Assembly (NCBI GenBank): GCA_946186495.1
Contig: CAMHNQ010000001.1
Location: forward strand, 46,289 to 110,288
Source of the DNA: an uncultured Bacteroidales bacterium
GTDB taxonomy: Bacteria > Bacteroidota > Bacteroidia > Bacteroidales > WCHB1-69
Length of the DNA: 64,000 nt
Reading direction: 5' to 3'
The notes under the pieces were generated by a model that worked only from the letters and a program-made list of their open reading frames with translations, ran no database searches and had not been told where the DNA came from. The position numbers and the translations under genes are program-made. Numbering within the stretch: the stretch's first letter is position 1; the number at the start of each line of letters is the position of its first letter. Below are positions 30,733-40,724 of this stretch, piece after piece.

Positions 30733-31035
30733 CTACATAATCGTGATGATGTTCGAGAAGCCTGTGATGTCGAAGACCTCCTTCACCTGGGGGTTCATGT
30801 TACGAAGCACCATCTTGCCTTTGCGGGCGTTGACGCTTTTCTGCAGCATGAGGAAGATGCGGAGCCCTTGCGAAGAGGTGTAAGACATGTCTGTACAGTC
30901 AATTTCGATGTCTGGGTTTTCGCCTTCCATCAGCGGCTCCATGTCCTGCTGGAATTGGTCGGCATTGGTGGTGTCAACCCTGCCGTTCAGCACCACGATG
31001 GTTTTATTGTCTTGTTTTTCTATTTTTATGTCCAT
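30733..31035 (-). CDS. STAS-domain anti-sigma factor antagonist (RsbV/SpoIIAA-like)
   Basis: LNGRVDT, YTSSQGLR with phospho-acceptor Ser, VFDITGF; start MDIKIEK. Confidence 0.92.
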   Translation of the reverse strand: MDIKIEKQDNKTIVVLNGRVDTTNADQFQQDMEPLMEGENPDIEIDCTDMSYTSSQGLRIFLMLQKSVNARKGKMVLRNMNPQVKEVFDITGFSNIITIM

Positions 31036-31087
31036 TTGTTTAGAGGCTTGATTGCATTCCGTTCCGTTCACTGTTTACTACACACGA

Positions 31088-31492
31088 CTAACCTACTTTT
31101 TTCGTCATGATGAGCACATTGTTGCCTTCTTCGTAGCAGTATTTGATGTCGTCCATCATTTTTTTGCAGATGAAGATGCCGAGGCCGCCGATATTGCGAT
31201 CTTCGGCGGAGAGGGTCACGTCCGGCTCGTCCCGCTCTAACGGGTTGAATGGCACGCCGGCGTCGCGGAGCTCAATTGTCAGCACCAAGGTGTCCTGGTC
31301 GAACCGGATTTCCGCCTCCAACCAGCCGATGCCGCCGTCGTAGGCATAGCGCACCACATTTTCGACCGCCTCCTCGATGGAGAGTCGGAGCTTGAACCGC
31401 AGCGCTTCATCGTCCGGAATGTCTGGCGATGACATGAGGTATTCGATGATTTCACTGCTCTTGTCTTTGATAGGGTTGAATCTTTTTTTCAT
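31088..31492 (-). CDS. Anti-sigma factor Ser kinase (RsbW/SpoIIAB-like, HATPase_c)
   Basis: EEAVENVVRYAY (N box), DAG.PFNP (G1), GGLGIF (G2). Confidence 0.92.
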   Translation of the reverse strand: MKKRFNPIKDKSSEIIEYLMSSPDIPDDEALRFKLRLSIEEAVENVVRYAYDGGIGWLEAEIRFDQDTLVLTIELRDAGVPFNPLERDEPDVTLSAEDRNIGGLGIFICKKMMDDIKYCYEEGNNVLIMTKKVG

Positions 31493-31576
31493 AACCTAAT
31501 ATGTTTATTATTATACATTATCTAATTTATTATATGATCCGTTAGCCAGCGTTAAGGGTTAACGAGGCTCAATTCT

Positions 31577-33463
31577 CTAAATGCGTATGCACATGATGGT
31601 GATGTCGTCGTTTTGCGGGTTGCCGTCGGCGAAGTCGCTCACGGACTGGTAGATGTACTCCACTGCGGCCTTGTCGTCCATTTCCGGGGCGAGTTGGCTC
31701 ACGGTTTCCAGCAGGCGGTCGTCGCCGTAGAGTTCCTTGTCGGCGTTCTCGGCTTCGGTGACCCCGTCGGTGTAGGCGACGATGCGCGTGCCGGGTTCCA
31801 GGTCAATGCTTTCTGGCACGTAGGGGAAGTCGTCGAACAAGCCGACGGTGAGGTTGGCCTTGGCCTTGAGGAAATAGGGCTTGCCTGCGGGCGGAAGGAT
31901 GACCAAGGAATTGTGACCGGCGTTGCAGAAGTCCATGCGGCGGGTCTTCAGGTTGATGCGGCCGGTGAAAAGCGTGACAAACATGTTGTTGCTGTTGGTG
32001 ATGGTGACGATGTGGTTGATGCGGCTGACCAACTTGTCAAGCGGCTCACCAAAGGACTGTTTGGAGTTGCTCACGACCCGGATGGCGGTGCAGGTGACGG
32101 CCATCGTCAAGGCGGCGGGGACTCCCTTTCCGGAGACATCACCGATGGAGAAGGATAGTTGGTCGCCGTCCTGCATGAATGCATAAAGGTCGCCGCCCAC
32201 TTCCCTGGCCGGGGTCAGCATCGCGTGGAGGTTCGGCGGGAATTCGGTGGAAAGCATCCCTTTCTGGATATTGCGCGCAACATCCAATTCAGACTCCATC
32301 CGCGCCTTGTCGTTTCGGGTTGTCTTCAGTTGCCCGATATAGTCGTTGAGGGAGTCTTGCATGTAGAGGAAACTGTCGTGCAGGCGGAGCATCTCGTCGT
32401 GGCTGGTGATTTCGGGCAACTTCGCGTTGAAGTTGCCTCTCGCCATGTTCTGGGCAGAAACGGCAAGCTCGGTCACCGGGCGCGTCATGCGGCGGATCTC
32501 GCGGCGGCAAGTGAAGAACAGGATGAACAGCCCGATGATTCCGACAATCATCAGGCTCACGTGCGACCGGCTGCTCTGGCGGAGCACATCGCGATAGGGA
32601 CACAGGATGCTGATCATCCATCCGTTGTGCAAGGGAGCGTAGGCCATGATGGAGGTTTCACCGCCTTTGCCTACGCGGCGGCGGAGGCTGTCCTTGTTCT
32701 CCCTCAAATCCGAAACCATGTTGTCGTACTCCTTGTCTTCCTCCAGGGCGCGGACGAACCGCTTGACCAGATCAGAGTCGGACTCCTTGATGCCAAGGAC
32801 GTGTTCCTCGTCGAAGAAGAGAGTGGTTATCGCATTCTCGTAGGGGCGGAGGTTCTCCACCTTGTCCTGCATCCAGCCGATGGGCAAATCGGTGGCGACA
32901 ATGGCATATACGTTCAGGGCGGAGTCTACCAACGGGTAGCAGTAGGTGGTGATGACGACGGACGGGTTGTAGGGGGCCGGGATGGGGGGCGTCCAGCTGC
33001 CGTCCTTGTTCGCGACCGGTTTCTCGGCCCAGCGCTTGACGATCTGATGCAGCTGCTGCGAATTGGGGACGAACTTTTGTGCAGTGCCCTCACCCATGTA
33101 GCTGAACTCGCTTTTTCGGCTCGTGTCGCAGCTCCCGTCGGGATGCACGAAGATGATGGCGCAGCCGACAATCAGGTCGCTCAGCTCCACAGTACGGGAT
33201 GCAATCATCTGCAGCATCTCGGGGTTGTCGATCACTGGGGTCATGTAGGCACCCACCATCTTGGTGGAAATCTCCACCTCAGTCAACGGCTTTTCAATTT
33301 CGTTGACGGTGCCGTGCAGAATGTACCGGGTCGAACGCACGGCCTCCTCGGTGATGGTCAAATGGGATACAATCGCGACAACAATGAACGAAATCAAAAA
33401 TATGACGGACACGATCCCGATGATCCTCCAGCTCAGCCTGCTTGAAAATGACCTGTATTCCAC
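31577..33463 (-). CDS. Membrane sensor PP2C/SpoIIE phosphatase (TM-Cache-like-TM-HAMP-SpoIIE; RsbU-like)
   Basis: GTG start at 33463; EVGGD, GDVSGKG, MFVTLF, NAGH, YTDGVTEA, NDDIT; HAMP 'PVTEL...GNF...DE'. Confidence 0.9.
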   Translation of the reverse strand: MEYRSFSSRLSWRIIGIVSVIFLISFIVVAIVSHLTITEEAVRSTRYILHGTVNEIEKPLTEVEISTKMVGAYMTPVIDNPEMLQMIASRTVELSDLIVGCAIIFVHPDGSCDTSRKSEFSYMGEGTAQKFVPNSQQLHQIVKRWAEKPVANKDGSWTPPIPAPYNPSVVITTYCYPLVDSALNVYAIVATDLPIGWMQDKVENLRPYENAITTLFFDEEHVLGIKESDSDLVKRFVRALEEDKEYDNMVSDLRENKDSLRRRVGKGGETSIMAYAPLHNGWMISILCPYRDVLRQSSRSHVSLMIVGIIGLFILFFTCRREIRRMTRPVTELAVSAQNMARGNFNAKLPEITSHDEMLRLHDSFLYMQDSLNDYIGQLKTTRNDKARMESELDVARNIQKGMLSTEFPPNLHAMLTPAREVGGDLYAFMQDGDQLSFSIGDVSGKGVPAALTMAVTCTAIRVVSNSKQSFGEPLDKLVSRINHIVTITNSNNMFVTLFTGRINLKTRRMDFCNAGHNSLVILPPAGKPYFLKAKANLTVGLFDDFPYVPESIDLEPGTRIVAYTDGVTEAENADKELYGDDRLLETVSQLAPEMDDKAAVEYIYQSVSDFADGNPQNDDITIMCIRI

Positions 33464-33473
33464 GGTTCTCCGT

Positions 33474-34103
33474 CTATTTGTGTGCCAACATGAAACGGAC
33501 GTTGTCGCTGAGGAACGACACCACTTTGTCTGGGGCCATGCCCGTGACATTGAACACGTGGTCGTAGTTGCGGGCGTCATAGCGGGAAATGCCGGCCACG
33601 GTATTGACGAACGTGTTCCGGGACTCGTCAACGCTGTCCACAACGGCGGCGGCGTCCTCCAGACTGAGATTCTGCTTGCGCGCGATACGTGCGATGCGTG
33701 AATCGCGGCTGGCTCGTATGAAAAGGTGGATGGCGTTGGGATAGTCATGGAAAATGTGGAAACCGGCTCGCCCGACGATGATGCAGCTTTCCTTTTCCGC
33801 CAGTTCGCGGAGCAACGCCGCCTCTGCATAATAGATTCTCTTCGGGGTAACCTCCACTCTCGAGCCTACCTCGTATCCCACAGCGCCGAACTGCTTGTAG
33901 AAGCTGCAGAATTCACCCCACCAGTTGCTTTTTTTCGCTTTCACGCGCTCGATATTCTCCATAGACATGTCAAATTGCTCGGCAATGCATTCCAGCATGG
34001 CGCGTCCATATACTTTGAATCCTAATTGTTTACCCAACAGCCGGGCTATTTCTCCGCCACCGCTGCCACATTCACGATTGATGGTAATGATGATGCTGTC
34101 CAT
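33474..34103 (-). CDS. Cytidylate kinase-like family protein
   Basis: ITINRECGSGG..IA, CIIVGR, YD..FN. Confidence 0.85.
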   Translation of the reverse strand: MDSIIITINRECGSGGGEIARLLGKQLGFKVYGRAMLECIAEQFDMSMENIERVKAKKSNWWGEFCSFYKQFGAVGYEVGSRVEVTPKRIYYAEAALLRELAEKESCIIVGRAGFHIFHDYPNAIHLFIRASRDSRIARIARKQNLSLEDAAAVVDSVDESRNTFVNTVAGISRYDARNYDHVFNVTGMAPDKVVSFLSDNVRFMLAHK

Positions 34104-34131
34104 ATATTCGTTTTAACATTTGACAATGCTG

Positions 34132-34139
34132 CAAAAATA
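34132..34139 (-). promoter_or_regulatory. -7 promoter element (TATTTTTG) heading the 34.1-22.7 kb operon
   Basis: TAnnTTTG ~30 bp upstream of ATG 34103. Confidence 0.7.
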
Positions 34140-34363
34140 GATTTTTTTCTGACATGTTAATCTATATAAAAGCAAACTTTTATTGCCGATAAGAAAAATT
34201 CACCTCTTAATCTATTGTCTATTAATCATTTGCAATGTTTCTCAAAAAAAAAGACAAAAGACACACGGCGAGAAATTTTTGTGTTTTACGGATTGACTCC
34301 GTGAGGGCCGCACCCCGTCATGGTTCGCCGCGTGGTGGCGGCAAGCATTCATTGTGTGTGCAC

Positions 34364-34933
34364 TCATTTATGCTTGTTTCGCTCAAGTAATTCATTGAAC
34401 ACGAGTTCGTCGTCGAGCCATGCCTTGACACTGTCGCCGGCAACGGCCAGTTTGACATCATACCATCTCCCGGTCTCCACATTCCCGGGTTGTATGGCCG
34501 TCTGTGTTTTGCTGTCACCGCAGATTTGTTCGATGGCGTGCTGTGTGTTTCCGTCTGTGCCGAAGGCCAGCTGACAGTAGTGTTTGGGATCCACATAGTT
34601 GAAGACGATGATGAAGCCATCCGGGCCGCCGTCCTTGCGGGCGGTGCACCAGACGGTGTAGTGGTCGGCCTCGATGACATAGTTGCAGATGGCCAATGGG
34701 GCATCCTCACATGCTGTGTGCTGCAGGTTGCCGTCGTTTACCTCCCATGCGCCGCGGACTATTTCGGGCTTGCCCGTCTTGGGCAGCGGTTCGCAGTGGG
34801 TGTAGCTGACCTGCGTGCGACAAGCGGAGTAGCCCACGCGGTTCTGGGTTGGCGTGACAGGCACCTGTGTACAGGCAGCCAACAGCAAAGTCAGGAGTGC
34901 AACGAGAAATGAGGTTCTGGCTTTCTTTTTCAT
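34364..34933 (-). CDS. Lipoprotein with concanavalin/LamG-like domain resembling a module of Bacteroidota GH51 arabinofuranosidases
   Basis: Lipobox LAAC; ARKDGGPDGFII.F, NTQHAIEQ, VETGRWYDV. Confidence 0.55.
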   Translation of the reverse strand: MKKKARTSFLVALLTLLLAACTQVPVTPTQNRVGYSACRTQVSYTHCEPLPKTGKPEIVRGAWEVNDGNLQHTACEDAPLAICNYVIEADHYTVWCTARKDGGPDGFIIVFNYVDPKHYCQLAFGTDGNTQHAIEQICGDSKTQTAIQPGNVETGRWYDVKLAVAGDSVKAWLDDELVFNELLERNKHK

Positions 34934-35142
34934 TTCTTCTGTGTTTTATACCTTTGAGTGTTTAAGCGACGATGAAGGTGTTCATAATGCTCGTTCATTT
35001 AGCAATTTAACTTCAAAAATGCTTGCTGATAACGTCCATAAATTTCATCTGTGCAAAAATAGGAAAAATGGCAATCAATTTAGGGCGGGGATGTTTTTTT
35101 GAATAAATTTTGTACATTTGCCCCGAAATATAATATAATTTT

Positions 35143-35976
35143 ATGGAAGCGACGAAAATCTCTCTTGACGACTATGTGCTTGCCGGCGGTGGTGCCAACG
35201 GCGAGAGCTACAACCATAAAACCGACCCGTCAGTGGTGCTCAAACTCTATTTCCCTGGAAAAATCCAGCAGCCACTGGATGAGTTGCTTTTGGCGCGGAA
35301 GGTTTACGAAATCGGCGTCCCGACACCGGAGCCAGGTGAGTATGTGGTGACGGAAGACGGGCGCTACGGCATCCTGTTTCACCGCATCAGGGGCAAGAAG
35401 TCCTACTCCCGGGCAACGGGCGACAACCCCGCGTTAGTGGGGAAATACGCTGCCGAGTTCGCGGGAATGTGCCGCCGTTTGCACTCCACCCGCCTCGACA
35501 CCACGCAGTTCGAGAATGTCAAGAACCGCTATTACCGGCTTCTGCGGGAAAACCCCTTCTTCACGGCGGAGGAAAAGGAAAAGTTGCACCGCTTCATTGA
35601 AGAAGTGCCCGACGAGGACACCGCCATCCACGGAGACCTCCAGTTCTCGAACGCCATCTTTGTGGGCGACGAGCGCTATTTCATCGACCTTGGCGACTTC
35701 TGCTACGGGAACCACCTCTTCGACGTCGGAATGGTCTATCTTTGCTGCAAACTTAACGGGGAGGCCTTCATCCAGGAGACCTTCCACATGGACAAGCCTA
35801 CAGCCATCCGCTTCTGGGAGGCTTTTGCCCCTGCTTACTTCGGTAACAATCGTTCCCTGCTTGACATAGAGACTGAAATCATGCCATACGCCGGGCTGAA
35901 GACGTTGATAATAGAGCGCGACTCAGGCTGCCCGAAGCCGGAATTCCGAGCCGCCCTTAGCCAAGTGATAGGGTAG
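35143..35976 (+). CDS. APH/choline-kinase-fold phosphotransferase (resembles TIGR02172 family)
   Basis: GGGANG loop, VLKLY, HGDLQFSN, FIDLGD; own promoter TACATTTG at 35113-35120. Confidence 0.8.
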   Translation: MEATKISLDDYVLAGGGANGESYNHKTDPSVVLKLYFPGKIQQPLDELLLARKVYEIGVPTPEPGEYVVTEDGRYGILFHRIRGKKSYSRATGDNPALVGKYAAEFAGMCRRLHSTRLDTTQFENVKNRYYRLLRENPFFTAEEKEKLHRFIEEVPDEDTAIHGDLQFSNAIFVGDERYFIDLGDFCYGNHLFDVGMVYLCCKLNGEAFIQETFHMDKPTAIRFWEAFAPAYFGNNRSLLDIETEIMPYAGLKTLIIERDSGCPKPEFRAALSQVIG

Positions 35977-36067
35977 GAAGCACCCTGGAGAAATCCTCGT
36001 TGACGGAAGAAAAACACGAGAGTGTTGTTGCAAAAATAAATTTTTGTATTTTTGCGGTTTGATTTGC

Positions 36068-36120
36068 AAGGGATGCAAGCCCGGCATTTGTCAACCTGGG
36101 CGGGTGCGGCAAGTCCCGGA
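36068..36120 (+). repeat. Dispersed two-hairpin element, copy B (diverged), in the 5' UTR of the CoA-transferase operon
   Basis: AAGGGATGCAAGCCCGGCATTTGTCAACCTGGGCGGG...CCCGG; just downstream of the TATTTTTG promoter at 36047-36054. Confidence 0.55.
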
Positions 36121-36155
36121 CTGGATTAGAAAATACAAACGAAAAAACAGACAAT

Positions 36156-36818
36156 ATGGACAAAAATCAAATGAGAGAAATCATCGCCAAGAGAGTCGCC
36201 AAGGAACTCCATGACGGCGATGTGGTGAATTTGGGAATCGGTCTGCCGACTATGGTTCCGAACTATCTTCCTAAAAACGTGAACGTTATCCTGCAATCCG
36301 AAAACGGTCTGCTGGGTATGGGTCCCACGCCCGCAGAGGGCCAGGAGGACGAGAACTTAGTGAACTCCGGCGGTGGCTACATCACCGCACAGCCTGGCGC
36401 CGTCTCCTTTAGCTCCGCCGACTCCTTCAGCATCATCCGCGGCGGCCACGTCGACGTGACGGTCCTCGGGGCCATGCAGGTGGACGAGGAAGGCGACCTC
36501 GCCAACTGGATGATCCCCGGCAAGCTGACCCCCGGCATGGGCGGCGCCATGGACCTCCTCGTGGGCGCCCGCAAGGTGATTCTCGCCATGGAGCATACCC
36601 AGAAAGGCAATCCCAAGATTCTCCACAAATGCACCCTCCCGCTGACGGCCAAGGGCCAGGTCAACCTGATCGTCACCGAGATGGGCGTGATGGAAGTCAC
36701 CGACAAAGGCATCGTGCTCAAGGAAATCAACCCGGAGTTCACCGTCGAGGATGTGCAGGCCGCCACAGAAGCAACGCTCATCATCTCCCCGGACTTGAAA
36801 AAGATGGAGATTGAATAG
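36156..36818 (+). CDS. atoA: Acetoacetate/butyrate CoA-transferase beta subunit
   Basis: VNLGIGLPT, QSENG (catalytic Glu), GGHVD, GMGGAMDL, CTLPLT. Confidence 0.88.
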   Translation: MDKNQMREIIAKRVAKELHDGDVVNLGIGLPTMVPNYLPKNVNVILQSENGLLGMGPTPAEGQEDENLVNSGGGYITAQPGAVSFSSADSFSIIRGGHVDVTVLGAMQVDEEGDLANWMIPGKLTPGMGGAMDLLVGARKVILAMEHTQKGNPKILHKCTLPLTAKGQVNLIVTEMGVMEVTDKGIVLKEINPEFTVEDVQAATEATLIISPDLKKMEIE

Positions 36819-36839
36819 TTAGCAGTTAATCCTTGAGCA

Positions 36840-36904
36840 GTCCCGGAGGGACAAAACGCACGAAGTGCAGGAAACCCCATACAAGCGAAGCGCAGTGCGG
36901 GGTA
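36840..36904 (+). repeat. Intergenic multi-hairpin element
   Basis: GTCCC-GGA-GGGAC, GCAC-GAA-GTGC, ACCCCATAC...GTGCGGGGT. Confidence 0.5.
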
Positions 36905-36940
36905 GAACAGAACGAATTAATAACAAAAACTAACGATAAA

Positions 36941-38080
<1,140 letters not shown>

Positions 38081-38100
38081 CCAAGAATATATTGAACGTC

Positions 38101-38880
38101 ATGAATATTGTAGTTTGTATCAAACAAGTTCCGAACACTAACGAAATCAAGATCAACCCCGAGACCGGGACGTTGATCCGCGACGGCGTGCCCAGCATCA
38201 TGAACCCCGATGACAAGGGCGGCCTCGAAATGGCCCTGCGCCTGAAAGACCAGTACGGTGCGAACGTCACGGTCATCACCATGGGCCCGCCTCAAGCCGA
38301 CATCATGCTCCGCGAGGCCCTCGCCATGGGCGCCGACCGCGCCATCCTGCTCACCGACCGCAAGTTCGCAGGCGCCGACACACTGGCCACCTCCTACGCG
38401 CTCGCCGGTGCGCTCAAGAACCTCGACTACGACCTGATCATCGCCGGGCGTCAAGCCATCGACGGCGACACCGCGCAGGTGGCTCCCGAAATGGCCGAAC
38501 ACCTCGGCCTGCCGCAGGTCTCCTACGTCACCGACCTCAAAATCGACAACAAACTCTGCCACGTCAAGAAAGAGACCGAAGAGGGCTACCAGCTCCTCGA
38601 AGTGCCCATGCCTTGCGTGCTCACCGTGCTGGCCACCGCCAACAAGCCGCGCTACATGCGCGTGAAAGGCATCATGGAGGCGTTCGACCACGAGGTGGAG
38701 ATCTGGACCGCCGACCAAATCGACGTCGATCCCGCACGTCTCGGCCTGAAAGGATCGCCCACACGCGTGAAGAAGTCCTTCACCAAACCCCAGAAATCTC
38801 CCGGCCAAGTCTATGAAGTGGATGCGGAAGAAGCTGTCGGCATTATCATCAGCAAACTGAAAGAAAAATTCATCATCTAA
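38101..38880 (+). CDS. etfB: Electron transfer flavoprotein beta subunit
   Basis: VCIKQVP, GADTLAT, GRQAIDGDTAQV. Confidence 0.95.
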   Translation: MNIVVCIKQVPNTNEIKINPETGTLIRDGVPSIMNPDDKGGLEMALRLKDQYGANVTVITMGPPQADIMLREALAMGADRAILLTDRKFAGADTLATSYALAGALKNLDYDLIIAGRQAIDGDTAQVAPEMAEHLGLPQVSYVTDLKIDNKLCHVKKETEEGYQLLEVPMPCVLTVLATANKPRYMRVKGIMEAFDHEVEIWTADQIDVDPARLGLKGSPTRVKKSFTKPQKSPGQVYEVDAEEAVGIIISKLKEKFII

Positions 38881-38898
38881 CCCTAAAACAACAGAAAA

Positions 38899-39909
38899 AT
38901 GGAAAAAACCGATTATAAAAACGTATTTGTATTCGCTGAACAACGTGACGGTGTCATCCAATCTGTTGCGTTGGAGTTGCTCGGCAAAGCCCATGAGCTG
39001 GCCGGTATCTTGAACGAGAAAGTAGTGGCCGTTCTCCCTGGCCATGGCATTACCAAACATGCCCAAATGCTCATCGAATATGGTGCCGATGAAGTCATCT
39101 GCATTGATGAACCCGAATTAAAAGATTATCTGACAGAACAATACGCCCAGACCATCTGCCAAGTGGTGAACAAGTTCAAACCCAGCATCCTGATGATCGG
39201 CGCCACGACCATCGGCCGTGACCTCGGCCCCCGTCTGGCTGCCCGCCTCACCACCGGCCTCACCGCCGACTGCACCCGCCTGGAAATTTCCGAGGAGGGC
39301 GAGCTGATGATGACCCGTCCCGCTTTCGGCGGCAACCTCATGGCCACCATCATGTGCACGGATCACCGCCCGCAGATGTCCACCGTCCGCCCTGGCGTGA
39401 TGCAGAAAATGGAACGCGACACCAACCGAAAAGGCAATGTCATCACCTTCAAGCCTGAGTTCGACAAGAGCAAGTTCCTCGTCCGCATGGTCGAGAATGT
39501 GAAAGTGGACAAGGGCAAAGTTGACATCTCTGACGCGAAGGTCCTCGTTTCCGGCGGCCGCGGTGTCGGTTGCAAGGAAGGTTTCGAGAAGCTGCAGGCC
39601 CTCGCCGACGTCTTCCCGAACGCGGAGGTCTCCTCCTCCCGCGCTATGGTGGATGCCGGCATCATTGACCACGACCGGCAGGTGGGACAGACCGGCAAGA
39701 CTGTGCGCCCCGACCTCTATTTCGCCCTCGGTATCTCCGGTGCTATCCAGCACCTGGCCGGCATGGAGGAGTCAGACTTCATCATCGCTGTCAACAAGGA
39801 CAAGTTCGCCCCCATCTTTTCGGTTTCCGACCTTGGCATCGTGGGCGACCTGAACAAAATCGTGCCGCTGTTGACCACCCGCCTCGCAGCTGAAATCGAG
39901 AAGAAATAA
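38899..39909 (+). CDS. etfA: Electron transfer flavoprotein alpha subunit
   Basis: GLTADC, RPAFGGN, SGGRG, QVGQTGK, GISGAIQH. Confidence 0.95.
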   Translation: MEKTDYKNVFVFAEQRDGVIQSVALELLGKAHELAGILNEKVVAVLPGHGITKHAQMLIEYGADEVICIDEPELKDYLTEQYAQTICQVVNKFKPSILMIGATTIGRDLGPRLAARLTTGLTADCTRLEISEEGELMMTRPAFGGNLMATIMCTDHRPQMSTVRPGVMQKMERDTNRKGNVITFKPEFDKSKFLVRMVENVKVDKGKVDISDAKVLVSGGRGVGCKEGFEKLQALADVFPNAEVSSSRAMVDAGIIDHDRQVGQTGKTVRPDLYFALGISGAIQHLAGMEESDFIIAVNKDKFAPIFSVSDLGIVGDLNKIVPLLTTRLAAEIEKK

Positions 39910-39925
39910 TCACGATAAAACCCCG

Positions 39926-39957
39926 TTGTAGAGACGCATCATTTTGCGTCTCTACAA
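39926..39957. repeat. GTAG-type REP-like palindrome
   Basis: TTGTAGAGACGCA-TCATTT-TGCGTCTCTACAA, perfect 13-bp arms. Confidence 0.7.
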
Positions 39958-39979
39958 TTGTGTAGATGCGAATAGATTA

Positions 39980-40639
39980 ATGATCGAGGTCAAAGAAATC
40001 GAGAAATCCTACGGCAATCTCCAAGTCCTTAAGAAGGTCTCCTTGTCGATAGAGAGCAGCAAGGTGGTGACGATCGTCGGCCCGTCCGGAGCCGGCAAGT
40101 CCACCTTGCTGCACATTATCGGCACGATAGACAGACCTGATGGAGGCGAAGTGGTCATTGACGGGGTGAACCTTAACCAGCTGAATGACGACAAACTGGC
40201 GGAGTTCCGCAACCGCCATATCGGGTTCGTCTATCAGTTCCACCATCTCCTTCCGGAATTCACCGCGTTGGAGAACGTGGCTATGCCCGCGCTCATCGCA
40301 GGCAAAACCCACAGGGAGGCTTTCACCAAGGCCAAAGAACTGCTTGATTTCCTGAATCTTGCGGATAGGGTAGGGCACAAGCCCGCACAATTGTCAGGTG
40401 GTGAGCAGCAACGCGTCTCCGTGGCACGCGCCCTGATGAACAATCCCGAGCTGATCCTCGCCGATGAACCCTCCGGCAACCTCGACACAGAGAACGCACG
40501 CAAACTCCACGACCTATTCTTCGTCCTCAGGGATACCTTCAAGCAGACTTTCCTCATCGTCACACACAATGAGGAACTGGCGCAGTTGTCAGACCGCAAG
40601 ATCGTGCTTCAGGACGGCCGTGTCATACACGATGCATAA
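39980..40639 (+). CDS. lolD: ABC ATPase, LolD-like
   Basis: GPSGAGKST, IGFVYQFHHLLPEFTALENV, LSGGEQQRV, ADEPSGNLD. Confidence 0.8.
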   Translation: MIEVKEIEKSYGNLQVLKKVSLSIESSKVVTIVGPSGAGKSTLLHIIGTIDRPDGGEVVIDGVNLNQLNDDKLAEFRNRHIGFVYQFHHLLPEFTALENVAMPALIAGKTHREAFTKAKELLDFLNLADRVGHKPAQLSGGEQQRVSVARALMNNPELILADEPSGNLDTENARKLHDLFFVLRDTFKQTFLIVTHNEELAQLSDRKIVLQDGRVIHDA

Positions 40640-40655
40640 GGCATACGTTATCCAC

Positions 40656-40707
40656 AAGGGCGCTTGGCCCGACACAAGTCAACCCGGGGCGAACGCAGCT
40701 CCCCGGG
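40656..40707 (+). repeat. Dispersed two-hairpin element, copy C
   Basis: AAGGGCGCTTGGCCCGACACAAGTCAACCCGGGGCGAACGCAGCTCCCCGGG. Confidence 0.7.
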
Positions 40708-40724
40708 ATAATAACCCAAAGAAT

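Noticed and set aside
33464-33829. N-terminal extension of the SpoIIE ORF
   Set aside because: Overlaps the cytidylate-kinase-like gene in another frame; GTG 33463 is the plausible start.
35143-35976. Aminoglycoside resistance gene
   Set aside because: Only the shared kinase fold is evident; no mobile context or close resemblance to known APH enzymes.
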